A DNA stretch of 63,919 nucleotides, counting the filler, from Klebsormidium nitens (lineage: Eukaryota; Plantae; Klebsormidiophyceae): assembly GCA_000708835.1 (NCBI GenBank). It is 6 parts of 6 records of this genome, joined end to end, with 100 filler letters (N's around TTAATTAATTAA, not from the genome) between each part and the next. Parts side by side here need not be neighbours in the genome. Positions count along the whole stretch, not along the records: positions 45,066 to 54,902 come from DF238184.1; positions 55,003 to 57,693 come from DF238650.1; positions 57,794 to 60,826 come from DF238614.1; 3 more parts are not named here. One strand, written 5' to 3'. The notes beneath the pieces are model-generated. The model did not search any database. It was not told the origin of the DNA and worked only from the letters and a program-made list of their open reading frames with translations. Within the stretch, counting starts at the first letter, position 1. Each line of letters opens with the position of its first letter. Positions 49,680 through 60,564 of this stretch are shown one piece after another. The position numbers and the translations under genes were made by a program.

Positions 49680-51013
49680 TTTTTTTTTTTTTTTTTTTGG
49701 GTATAACCATCTGGCACGTGCAGCTCATCAGCTAGAGTCTGCAGACTAGCATACGCCTCAAAGGCTGAGAAGATCGAATCTATATGTCTGAGGGAGGCTC
49801 GGTGCGGCGGCGTTTTGTCTGATGGGCGTCGGTGCCGAAGGCGAGCTGCGATTGAGAACGCCGATGAAAAGCACGCGTGGGAAGTTGAGACTGATCTGGC
49901 AGAGTTGAAGTGAGAGGGGGCCGCTCCGAGTGTCGAGCATGTGCGCTAATTGCTTGAGCAACAGAAGAGCGGGAGGTGAAAAGAGAATCGAAAGCTTGCT
50001 TGTTGAGATAACAGACGAGACGATGCAGCAGGAGCAACAAGAAGGGCATCATAATGATTGCCTGAAAAGGAAATATGCGCAACGTCTTGTGTGCCGCGAG
50101 GTGCTGACGGAAGAAAATTGACTAACGGGATGAGTATGGCGCCAGTCTGTGCGCCCCAAATGAGAAGAGGGACACGCAGGAGACGTGCGCATACAAAAGC
50201 TTCTACCTCGGTTCCCCAAGCGGAAGTGGATGACATGTATGCAGAATAGTGGTCGGATGTGGGAAACGGCTCATCTAATGATGAAGCGAACTGAGGAGCG
50301 TCACTGTGAACCGCATTCAGTTGATGAGTGTAAGTATGCCAATCTGAAACTATGGCATGCACACAGAACTGCCTAAGATGAGTGTGAGTAAGGTCAACCT
50401 GCCGAGCAGCACGGAGGAGTGCGCGGAAGAGGCAACTACCATCACCAATAACTGGCGATATACGGAGTCGGCCTGAGAATATGGGGTCAGCAGTTTGGAA
50501 AACGGAGAGAGGATCAGATGGGCAAGATTGGGGTACTGGGGACAAAGCGGGAAAAGCTGAAGGCGTAACTGGTCGCTGTTGTGGGGGTTGTGGCATGGTG
50601 GAGGTTGCAGGACTGATTTGTAGTTGACGCCATTTGGATGCAAAAGCGATAAAATCATCTTCCGTCATTTCATGAAGGGGTTTGAGTGTTGGAAAAGCAA
50701 GAAGACGGTCTCTGAAGAGATAATGGCGTTCCTTAATAACCTTACACCGTGTTTGCCAAAGAAGCTGATGGAAACGAACAATCATCGAGTGAAGAGCCTT
50801 TCCAATGCGAAGCGCAGTAGTGGGAGTGGCAGTGCGTGGTGTTAACCAGTGATAGAAAGACAAAGATAGCTGTCCTGCTGAACAATCGCGCTGGAGGATA
50901 GAAGGCGGCGAAACGAACTGCCTACTGCTCGCGTTACGCGTATATTCCCTTACGCTTTCTTGACCAGTCCAACCATACTGCTTGCACGCAAATTGCCGGA
51001 CGTCAGACGGCAT
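49680..51013 (-). mobile_element. 5'-truncated non-LTR retrotransposon-like 3' end encoding an OTU cysteine protease, with poly(A) tail
   Basis: ORF 51013-49946 contains HQLLWQTRCK (LINE ORF2 C-terminus-like), a P/S linker, then the OTU motifs GDGSCLFRA, WGTEVE and HYDAL. A 19-nt T run at 49680-49698 is poly(A) on the minus strand, ~250 nt after the stop. Confidence 0.6.
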
Positions 51014-51083
51014 TCACCGCCGGTTAATTCTGACGTCCGGCGACTCTCGACGGCATTCACCCTCGGTTAATTCTGACGTCCGG
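51006..51083. repeat. ~35-bp direct repeat, two copies, at the 5' edge of the OTU ORF
   Basis: gacggcattcacc(gc/t)cggttaattctgacgtccggc at 51006 and 51049. Confidence 0.85.
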
Positions 51084-52280
51084 CATATATTCTCCGACTC
51101 CAACTTACGACTTCGTCAACGAATATCAGACTTAGAAGGGGGCAGGGACCGCACATACATTATCCTAAAATACCGTTGCCTGGGTGCATTCAATGAAGGG
51201 ATGCCATCAAGGGCACGGTGCGCGGCGGTTGTTAGGTAACAATCGAATAGGTACGTGAATCTAACGGGTCAGGACGGGACGGATTCAATGATTGCAAACA
51301 TACCTAATTTTAGTGATGACAATATACATGCCAATATACATGCAAGTACGGGGTAGATAACGTATTGGATCTGCAAGCTTCCTAGCTGGATCTAAAACCA
51401 GAAAGTGAGTCCAGTCAATGATCACCGAGCGTTCTTTGCAACGACTAAGTCGGAGACCACCCTCCTTCTCACATTGCACGTGCATGAGGGATTTACCCGC
51501 TTCTACATGAAGCATTATCGCGACATGTGACCGTCCGGGCCGCCCCGTTCTGCATGCCACCCCCCTAGCAAAAGGTCAATCCGCCAACTTGCAATGAACA
51601 ACCGTCGTTAGACCCCCTAACCAACTTATAACCGGGCGTGTGTGTGATGGATGACGTTGATCAGTAGTAGGTGTGGTTCAGAGTTTCCCACATATATGTC
51701 ACCCTAGCATTTCCTAAGGGTTGATATATTTGAGCCCCATTGAGCATCCATCAACGTAATGACTGGTCATACAACTGCAGCCCGTATATGTTTGTGATAC
51801 TCATTCTATGGATAAAGATAGCTCAGGCGAAACTAATCATGACATGCAACTTTCTCCTTCCTGCTTGTCCTCCTGCTTTTCCTATTTCATCTGTCTGTAG
51901 CAAGAGCTAACATGATCAAAATGGGCGTCCTAGCTAACTATCCACTTCGAGTGGGAGAAACACAGGTGGGGCCCCACTCACCGACAAGAGGGCGAAGAGA
52001 AAACAAGAGGGGAAAACAACACATTTGTCAAAGGCTTTGTACCGTGTGATCTACTGAGCGGCCTTCAATGAGACGTTCCAAGAAGAAGCCGTACAAATCA
52101 GTCTTTTCATCAAATTGTCACAACTGACTATACGCGGCTGAACGTTCAATTTTTCTTTTGTCAGTAAGCAGATCTCTGGTGATGCATTTCCAAAGTCATC
52201 GACCGTACAAGGTTCACCTGAGCCCCTCTCTTTTGAGTGACACGCGGCCCAATCAAGATAGAGGATTTTAAGTCATGTCC

Positions 52281-53768
52281 CTATCTGAGTGGGGATGATG
52301 TTTGAGTGAACCATAACCAAGATCTATCTTCCACATAAAGTAATTCTGAGTTGCGATTGTTGAACAAAGAGCGTGCGTGCGCCACAAATCCGCATTCACT
52401 TGTCACCCACATGTCTTCATTATCTTGTAACACGCCATCTTGATAGACGAACCCCACATGACATTTAAAGTGCTGCACCTTTCCAGGCAGAACAAGAGCC
52501 TTTGGAGGCCAAATTGACTCCCAGTCTATTCTAGTGTAGTATTGAAAAGGGTCTTCGTCGTGCGTTGTCCAAACCTCCAACTCATTTTTTCCAGCACTGC
52601 TGCACCTTTCTTCTGCACACAATATGTTGTGTCGATGCAACAGTATCTGGTCCGACCACTTGGCACACTCGTAGAACCTGGTTATGTTTCCGGGCTGAGG
52701 CAACACAAGGAACTCATCAATATCCACGACAAGGACACGTATGTTTTCACCCCACATGTCCAAAAGAGCGTGGTTGTATAAGAACACTTGTTCGTAGTAT
52801 CGTAGTCTGGGTTGTGGTGCATACCTTGGGAGTGCATCCCAAACTACAATCCGCAGCTTGCCTGCAAGAACCAACTTCACAATGTCTTGGTCTTTGAGGA
52901 GCTCACAGGCGTAGTGATGTTGGACATAGATACTGCCGCCTAAGACACCCATCCGCAAATGATGCCGGATGCTCTGCACAACCAGCCTTGCGGCTGCCGA
53001 GAAACTCCTTTGTGGGGGAAAGAAAAGAAAGCCTTTCCATGCCACCCAAGTTGCCGAGGACCTCTCTTGCATTTGAAACAACAAGAGGGGTCTGAAAAGA
53101 ACGCTCCTGAACACGTGAAAGCGAGGCCAGTTATCCACATGGATCTCAGGCACTTGTCCTACCATCTCCAAGGGCAGATCCAGCCAGAAATAAAAGGGGA
53201 GCCGCTCTCTCTCAGGTCCTAACTGCAGTTTTGTGGTTGGGTACACTGTCTCATGGATCCCATAGCGACAGCGAATTTCTATTTGAGGTTCCCACACTCT
53301 GGCTAGCGGGGGCTGCAAAAGGTGTGTATTGAACATCTCAAATGGCCCCGTTGTCTCCGAGAAGCCCCACCCGTAGCAAGCAATGAGAGGGTCCTCCGAG
53401 TCTTCTCGCATCTGCAGCACGCACTTGACAAACAGGTGCAGCATGATGTCAGCTACTTCACTCGAATTGGTTGACTTAATTTGCCCTGGGAATATGTAGT
53501 GGTCAACCGTTGTGTCAGAATTGGCAAGCAAATACTGCTTGTGTAGCTTGCTGGTGTTCCAGGGATTATGACGGCATGCCTGACCAACCCGGACCGTGGC
53601 ATTGCTGGCTGTCCTCTTGTGAGAAGCCTGTAAATCAGGACGACATATGCTTCTCTGTTGTAGACCTACAGCAGAGTAAGGAGCAAATGTCAGTCTGCCA
53701 AGCAGGGTGATACTGAGAAACCCCAAGAAGCACAATCCCACCGGCCAGGCGCATTGTGGGCCGGGCAT
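52281..53768 (-). CDS. Intronless type-II membrane glycosyltransferase, GT92/DUF23-like (495 aa)
   Basis: N-terminal hydrophobic anchor (LCFLGFLSITLLGRLTF), then Q..LYNHALL...VLVVDIDEFL with the DxD motif and a C-terminal H-containing motif. Confidence 0.6.
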   Translation of the reverse strand: MPGPQCAWPVGLCFLGFLSITLLGRLTFAPYSAVGLQQRSICRPDLQASHKRTASNATVRVGQACRHNPWNTSKLHKQYLLANSDTTVDHYIFPGQIKSTNSSEVADIMLHLFVKCVLQMREDSEDPLIACYGWGFSETTGPFEMFNTHLLQPPLARVWEPQIEIRCRYGIHETVYPTTKLQLGPERERLPFYFWLDLPLEMVGQVPEIHVDNWPRFHVFRSVLFRPLLLFQMQERSSATWVAWKGFLFFPPQRSFSAAARLVVQSIRHHLRMGVLGGSIYVQHHYACELLKDQDIVKLVLAGKLRIVVWDALPRYAPQPRLRYYEQVFLYNHALLDMWGENIRVLVVDIDEFLVLPQPGNITRFYECAKWSDQILLHRHNILCAEERCSSAGKNELEVWTTHDEDPFQYYTRIDWESIWPPKALVLPGKVQHFKCHVGFVYQDGVLQDNEDMWVTSECGFVAHARSLFNNRNSELLYVEDRSWLWFTQTSSPLR

Positions 53769-53921
53769 CTTAATGATCGTGCCCTGCCCTTGTAGTGGAT
53801 GATCTCGGGGGAGACATCTGCGCTAGCTGATTGACACTGCGACTGGTTGGGTTGCACGTTGCATCCTTGCATGCTGTACATAACTTCGGCAAGTTTATAT
53901 ACCCGTAGTCCAACTTGATGA

Positions 53922-54172
53922 TTCCGAACGATTTTATTCCGAATTATCTCCAACAATCCGACCCGGAAATCGGATATATCTATGCTGATTGCGATAAGAT
54001 TTCGAATGTCCTCTGTTTTCACTTAAAAGCGGCTTTTTGGGCTATTTTTGGGAGTTTTACGGCTTCCCAGGGCCATTTCAGGTTTACTGTCACCTTCCGA
54101 ATTCCCACTTTCCGAATGAGAAATCTGAATTTCTGACTTTCCGAAAGCATATAATTATATAATTATTCGGAA
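53922..54172. repeat. Cluster of TTCCGAA motifs, possibly a transposon subterminal region
   Basis: ttccgaa at 53922, 53937, 54095, 54110 and 54139; reverse copy ttcggaa at 54166. Confidence 0.55.
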
Positions 54173-55402
54173 CCATCACGTTGGACTGCCGTACGGGTAG
54201 CTTGGGTTTTGGCATGCCATTTTCTAATTGCTGTAGCGTTCATAGTGCGCGCGAGCGTACGCGTAATTGAAAATGGCGAAGCCACCGATATGCTGTCGTA
54301 CAAGGCCGCTGTACGACGTCGGGAAGTTTTGGGCGACCGTGTGTTCAAATTCTTGAGGTTTGGGTACGCTTTTTGGACCTAAGAAGTCCGCCGATCCTGT
54401 GCTGTACGGGGATACCGGGGGGCAGTGTTAAGCGTAACTTTTTCGATTGGGTGCCCTTGGACGCCCTAGCGGGCGTGATTGGGCGCCCCGTGGGCGCCCT
54501 GGTCGCCGTAACTGGGCGTCCGAAGGCGCCTTGATGGGGCGTCCGAACCCCCCCGGGCGTTGTTCATGATTAGCCCGGCCGCCACACAGGGGAGTCGGGA
54601 CTAGCTATATTAACCGCGCCACCCATCAAAGAAGCGCTGGGGGTACATTCTATGTAAATCCGATTAAGCCGGCCATGTAGCGTGTCGCACGAACCTATAG
54701 CCCTCGGCAGAACGCCCTCTTTACAGCTCGTATTTAAAGGAGGATTGTGCTGTTGATAGCCACCCAATTCAATCATGTGTGCTGCCCAAGAGTCACCCCC
54801 TCGCGGACAGTGCCACTTCGTCATCCCCTGCTGTACGCGAGCCCGCGCGCGCGCGGAAGGAGTTTCGCGCGGCGGCCGGCGACCGAGAAGATATTTGGGT
54901 GGNNNNNNNNNNNNNNNNNNNNNNNNNNNNNNNNNNNNNNNNNNNNTTAATTAATTAANNNNNNNNNNNNNNNNNNNNNNNNNNNNNNNNNNNNNNNNNN
55001 NNCATATGTTGTCTCTCTGAGATGAGAAGACTGTCATAGAAAGAGTTCAGAACTGATTGCGGACGTTGTATGGCTCATTCAAGCTGTGGGATGGTCATGC
55101 ATGTCTCAGCTGGCTAAACTTGAGCCCGAAAAAGTCTGAATCTGGGTTCAAGAAGCCGTCAGCATGCGAGAATCTGCTTTTCTGGCCACCTGTCCATGTA
55201 TGCCCGCAGGTCTATCTCAGTACGTAACGAGCTTCTGGGCTGATACTAATTGCTTCAGCCCTCGGCGTGCTCTAGACATTCTGGGCTTTATTCAACCGTT
55301 CTAGGGCATGCTTCTGCTCACGCAATGTGTTCTTGTAAACACGACTACAGCCGTATGTCTTCTGGCTCTGAGATCGAAGTCTTATCTTGTTCTTCCGTGC
55401 AG

Positions 55403-57693
55403 GGGCTCGCAGACTGTACCTTTCGGACCTCCTCGTCCGGTCGAAGGACCCCAGCCGACTCTCCCAACAGCGGTCTTGGAGCGCGTCAAGGCGTGTGTGG
55501 CTGCCACGGGCGACACTGCCTCCCGCTTCGATCGCCTCAAGATGGGCGACAGCGGGCCAATCTACGTCTTCCGGGTGGCCGGCCCGCGTGGCTGCCCGTA
55601 CGGCAACCACCACGACGGCCATAACAACTTCAGCGTGCTCGTGCGCAAGAGGGACTTGCTCTATTGTTGCAACAGCTCGGAGTGCCAGGGGGTCCGCCCC
55701 CTGCTCAAGATCGGGGAGCTCACGCGCTCGGAGGCGGTGACTGGAGGCGAGACTCGGGCTTTCAGCGCCGATGACGTCAGCGCGATCAACGGCCTTCATA
55801 AGACATTCGTGGACGCCTGGGCCTTCGAGGGAGACGTGGGCGGCAGCAAGATCGTCGCCGAGATGTACGCAAGCTGCAGCAGGTGAGCCATTTACGAGGC
55901 ACACAAGAAGTCACTGAAGCAAGACGTTTAGAGGATCTTTCAGAACGTCGACGGCTCTTGGACAGCATACGGCAGCTCTGGAACGGATCTCTCGGTAGTG
56001 GTCTGTCAACGGCGGTCTGATGTCATCTGAGAGGGTCCGATCTTAGCGTGTGTCCAAGTGTGCAAGGTCTACCACAATTTTCTCCGCGACCAACAATTGC
56101 TGACGTCATCGAAGATTTTCGGCCAGTCTCCGGTTGTTCGGGTGTCCAAGGGCCATTGCACACTTTTCGCGGCGGCCGGATGCTGACGTCATCATCGTGC
56201 TCTGAGGCCGTGCTGGAAACACTTTCAACCGCTGAACTTTTGTGGACACGAAAACTGGCAACGCAGAAATGATAGACCCTCTACGAACGCTGTCGAGACT
56301 CGTGTGAATCAAGATCCCACTTTTATTAGAAGAGCATATCGTATATCTGCTCTTCTGCAGGCTGCGTTTCGATGGAGAAAGCTGGTGGTATTGGAATGGA
56401 AGGCGCTTCGTGCGCGACGAGAAGAGCGCCTTCTATGTGAAGAACGTGCTCATCAATCAGCTCAGGACCGTCTACGCGCGGGTGAGGGACGAGTGGAAGG
56501 CATCTATCGAGAGGACCACCGACGAGAAGGAGCAAGAGGCGTTGACGGAGCAGCTCAAGCGTCTGCGCACCTACAACAACAGCCGAGAGATCACCAGTAC
56601 GCTGGAACTCCTCCGCGGGGAGTTGGTCGATTTCGTCTTTGCTCAGCAGCTGGATGCAGATCCGGACATCTTGAACGTGAAAAATGGAGTGCTCCTTCTG
56701 AGGACTGGCGAGCTCGATGTGCACCGGCCCCAGTACTTCTGCTCCAAGATCACGGAGACGGACTTCATGGTAAGCTTCACATGCCGATTTAAAGAGACCC
56801 GAGCAACTTGCTTCTTTGACTAGCTAACACGCAACGAGAGCTGGCGGACCGTTCAGGGAAGATGCTTTCTGACTGTTCACAAGAATCCGAGCGTTGCCAG
56901 TTGCACGCGGGCTTTGCCATTGAATCCTCTGAAAGCTTCCGAGTCATGTGTTTCCGTCTTGGCACTAGTGTGCATTCTTTAGGATGCCTGAAGACGTGCT
57001 GATGCCATTTCTCTTCCGCTCAGAGAGGCAAGGAGTTGACTCGTTCCATCCATCAAGTGTGCCGATCAATTCTTGCAGGGGATGGAGTACCCCACTCCGC
57101 GCATGGACGCCTTTATAGGCGACATCTTCAACCACGACGCTGAGCTGGTCGACTACGTACGGAAGCTGTTCGGCTACGCCCTCAACGGCCATACGCGGGA
57201 GGAGGTCTTTGTGCTCTTGCTCGGAAAGGGAGGTAAAGTCACAAACTTTTTTGTCTCGGATCCAAGACTTAAAGGAACTGTGCAAGTGAAAATCCAGGGA
57301 GTTCTAGATGCCTCCAATCTTACATTGAGGTACGTGCTTCTCCAGCGCCGTGGGCGTCGGAGCTGGCGATGTGGGAAAGAAGTCGATCAATCATGGCTCC
57401 TACATATTGGCCTAGCAATTCACATGATTCCACAAGCTGGTCTTCAGCATCAACCCACATGGACGAGCCGCGGTTGCTTCTCGGTGGGGCCGATCCAACA
57501 CTCATTATTGCCGATACTTCAACCTGATCTTTTGCCTTGATCCTTCTGCAGGAAATGGAAAGGGTGCCCTGAAGGAGATGTTGCAAGCTGTGGCCGGCGA
57601 TTACTATGGCACCATGTCCAAGGACGCGGTCGTTACGGCACCTGGCCAGAGGGCCCCCTCTAAGAACGCGCCTACAAACTACCTTTACGAGTT
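55403..57693 (+). CDS. Virus-type D5-like primase-helicase (Zn-binding domain + D5_N + SF3 helicase start), spliced, truncated by gaps
   Basis: Exons: 55403-55882 (CPYGNHHDGHNN...YCCNSSEC), 56361-56769 (WWYWNGRRF...LDADPDILNVKNGVLLLRTGEL..H.P....SKIT), 57079-57232 (YVRKLFGYALNG..REEVFVLLLGKG), 57552-57693 (GNGKG...). Phases 2/0/1 match, and splicing reconstitutes Walker A GKGGNGK. Confidence 0.8.
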
Positions 57694-57793
57694 NNNNNNN
57701 NNNNNNNNNNNNNNNNNNNNNNNNNNNNNNNNNNNNNTTAATTAATTAANNNNNNNNNNNNNNNNNNNNNNNNNNNNNNNNNNNNNNNNNNNN

Positions 57794-58693
57794 AAACGCC
57801 AGACCTACGTGGCCAAACTCCCCGGGGGAAAGAGGACGAGGACGGATGCGGATAAGGAGCGCGCGCGAGAGTACGAGAAGACCCCGGCCAGGAAGGCGTC
57901 CAAGCTGGCCCGCAAGGAGGCGAACCCGGAGAGGTGGGCGCAGTACAGCAAGGACTCTCGCGCACGCCGCCGGGCGGCTGACCCCGAGGGGTACCTGGCG
58001 AAGGCGGCGGCAGACCAGAAGCGCTTCCGCAACCGCACGAGGCAGATCAGCTTCGAGGGGGAGGAGGGAAGCATGGAGCAGACGACCGCCGCTCAGATCA
58101 TCGAGGAGATGGACGCGTGCTGCTTCTTCTGCGGAGAGGCAGAGACCAACAGCCAGCCCCTCGGGATCGCAAGGCTGGACCAAAAGGCGGAGTGGACCAA
58201 GGACAACTGCGTCCCGTCGTGTTCGACATGCTGCAACATGCGGCGCATGGTAGACGCGAAGACGTTCGTGAAGCGCTGCGTCTTCCTCAGTGAGGTTATG
58301 GAAGGTGGCGCGCCGGAGGAATTCCCTGCTGAGCTTTTTGGCAAGTTCCCGCGCGCCGGGCAGTACGCGGTCTATGTGGGTACTGCCGACAAAAAGAAGG
58401 TTCCTTTCGAACTTACACGGGAGGAGTTTGACAAAAAAGTGCAGGAGGAGTGCTACATATGTGGCAGAGTGAACGGCATCGGGCACCATAACGGTGTGGA
58501 TCGCATCGACAGCGGCCTTGGCTATACTGCAAGCAACACGAGAGCAGCATGCGGGGACTGCAACTACATGAAGGGTTCCATGTCCCTGGCAAGCATGAAC
58601 GACAAGATCCGGGAGATCGCAAGCAGGGCTAGCATCACGTTGGCATACATCCCGGATAACCTGCCCCGTAGCACATTTCACATGCTGGGGTAG
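57794..58693 (+). CDS. Tandem HNH/endonuclease VII-like Zn nuclease of the type seen in large DNA viruses; ORF open into the upstream gap
   Basis: Two repeats of CxxC..G(I/V)xRxD....Y/W...N....CxxC: CFFC..GIARLD..WTKDNCVPSCSTCCNMR and CYIC..NGVDRIDSGLGYTASNTRAACGDCNYMKG. The N-terminus is basic. Confidence 0.7.
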   Translation, partial: KRQTYVAKLPGGKRTRTDADKERAREYEKTPARKASKLARKEANPERWAQYSKDSRARRRAADPEGYLAKAAADQKRFRNRTRQISFEGEEGSMEQTTAAQIIEEMDACCFFCGEAETNSQPLGIARLDQKAEWTKDNCVPSCSTCCNMRRMVDAKTFVKRCVFLSEVMEGGAPEEFPAELFGKFPRAGQYAVYVGTADKKKVPFELTREEFDKKVQEECYICGRVNGIGHHNGVDRIDSGLGYTASNTRAACGDCNYMKGSMSLASMNDKIREIASRASITLAYIPDNLPRSTFHMLG

Positions 58694-59019
58694 ACAAACC
58701 TCATTGCTTCGAGGTTTTGGGGTCAAATGTAGGGTAGTGCGAATATGCTTGAGGTTTTGCAGGCGACTGTAGGGTGTTGGAAAGTTGCAGGTGATTAGAA
58801 TAGGCCAGGGATCACTTGCCAAACCAGATGTAAATACTCGTCCGTGCAGAAGCTTTGTATACCCAGATTCAGAGAGTGCTAGGATGATTCAGAAACCACG
58901 GCTCTTTCAAATGAGACTTGCTTTTTGTTAGTGCTTTACACCTTTGACAGCAGAAGCTGGCCACATCCTGCTCCGTTGCGTTTTTTAAAAGCTCAAAGTT
59001 TGTGATGAGACAAACAAGC

Positions 59020-60564
59020 ATGTGCGGTATCTGGGCATATTTGCGACCATGTGACATGAGCATGCTGAAGCCATTTTTCGAGGAACTGGCACACCGTGGC
59101 CCAGACGGCTCGTCCCTGATAGTCCACAAGAGTTCAGGAGTTACACTCGGTTTCCATAGATTAGCAGTCATCAACATTGCTCCGAATGGCATGCAGCCCT
59201 TTTCAAGCTTTGGTGTTACGTCAATCTGCAACGGTGAGATATACAACTTTAAGGATCTCTACACTAGCAGTGATGATTTGAGAAGCGACGTTGAAGTCAT
59301 AAACCCCATCTTGACGACTCAAGGGAGTCTGCCAGAACGACTACGGCAACTTGATGGCGATTTCGCTTTCTTTGCAATCGTCGAAGAGACATGCAACTTC
59401 GTTGCGGCTAGAGATCCGGTTGGCGTTCGCCCCCTGTTCTATGGACGTGATGAGAGCCGTAGTGTGATTGCATTTGCAAGCGAAGCTAAAGCACTCGTGG
59501 CGATACATGAAGTGCAGACGGTAGAGGTGTTCCCTCCCAGACATTACTGGACCATGTCGGAGGGATTCCACTCGTTTACAGACATCTATGGGTATTTGAG
59601 AGCTCCGCAAATTGCCAACATGCATGAAGAGATCCGCTTGCGTTTGGAAACGGCTGTAAAGAAGCGAATAATGCATAGTGACGTTCCAGTGGCGTTGCTG
59701 TGCAGTGGCGGGTTGGATTCATCATTGATTCTGGCTATCGCATCCCAGCTCTCGATAAAGAGCCGACTGGAGGTCTTTTCAATCGAGTTACAGGGGGGCC
59801 GCAGTGCAGATGCGCTTTATGCTGGCATGATAGCGAGTCACCTAGGGGTGAAGCACACTAGAGTAGAGTTTACATTGGACGACGTTCGGAAGAGTCTTGC
59901 AGAAGTCGTACCGGTGTGTGAGACATACGATCCCAACACGATACGTGCTGCACTCCCGATGTATATTCTCGCAAGGCATATTGGACATGAGACGGCTTAC
60001 AAAGTCATCTTGAGTGGCGAAGGTGCAGATGAGGTTTTTTGTGGATACAACTATTTCCGCAATGCGTGCACTGATGAACAGTTGGCAGAGGAATCGAAGC
60101 GCCTCGTTAAGAACATTCATATGTTCGACTTGCTCCGAGCTGACAGATGTTTCGCAGCATTCGGGCTCGAGCTGCGTGTACCTTTTCTTGACATCGACCT
60201 GCTAAGGTTTGCAATGTGCATCCCAGGCCGACTTCGTGGCTTTCAAAATGGCATCGAGAAGTCGCTTCTCAGGAACTCTTTCAGAGATCTTGCCGCAGTC
60301 GAGTGTGCCAGGATCATTGACAGACAGAAAGAAAGGCTCTCGGATGGCTGCGGGTTCACGTACGTCCCCCAACTGCTAACATGGCTCGGGAATGGTGCAG
60401 GTGACCTCGGCAAAAAACTGGGCGCTGAGAGGAATGTCTACCGAGCACATTTCGAGAGCCATTTCCCAAATCATTCTCACTTGATAACAGAGAGAATACT
60501 GCCTCCATGGGTTCATGAGAGACGGACAAAGAACGAACAGCAACTAATGGCGATCACGATTTGA
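59020..60564 (+). CDS. asnB: Glutamine-hydrolysing asparagine synthetase, intronless, ~514 aa
   Basis: MCGI N-terminal nucleophile, HRGPD, GFHRLAV, CNGEIYN, DGDFAF, ARDPVGVRPLFYG, SGGLDSS, SGEGADEVFCGY, RADRCFAAFGLELRVPFLD, KERLSDG. Confidence 0.93.
   Translation: MCGIWAYLRPCDMSMLKPFFEELAHRGPDGSSLIVHKSSGVTLGFHRLAVINIAPNGMQPFSSFGVTSICNGEIYNFKDLYTSSDDLRSDVEVINPILTTQGSLPERLRQLDGDFAFFAIVEETCNFVAARDPVGVRPLFYGRDESRSVIAFASEAKALVAIHEVQTVEVFPPRHYWTMSEGFHSFTDIYGYLRAPQIANMHEEIRLRLETAVKKRIMHSDVPVALLCSGGLDSSLILAIASQLSIKSRLEVFSIELQGGRSADALYAGMIASHLGVKHTRVEFTLDDVRKSLAEVVPVCETYDPNTIRAALPMYILARHIGHETAYKVILSGEGADEVFCGYNYFRNACTDEQLAEESKRLVKNIHMFDLLRADRCFAAFGLELRVPFLDIDLLRFAMCIPGRLRGFQNGIEKSLLRNSFRDLAAVECARIIDRQKERLSDGCGFTYVPQLLTWLGNGAGDLGKKLGAERNVYRAHFESHFPNHSHLITERILPPWVHERRTKNEQQLMAITI

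Noticed and set aside
57746-58822. 358-aa minus-strand ORF
   Set aside because: Antisense to the HNH-like ORF, with no motifs of its own.
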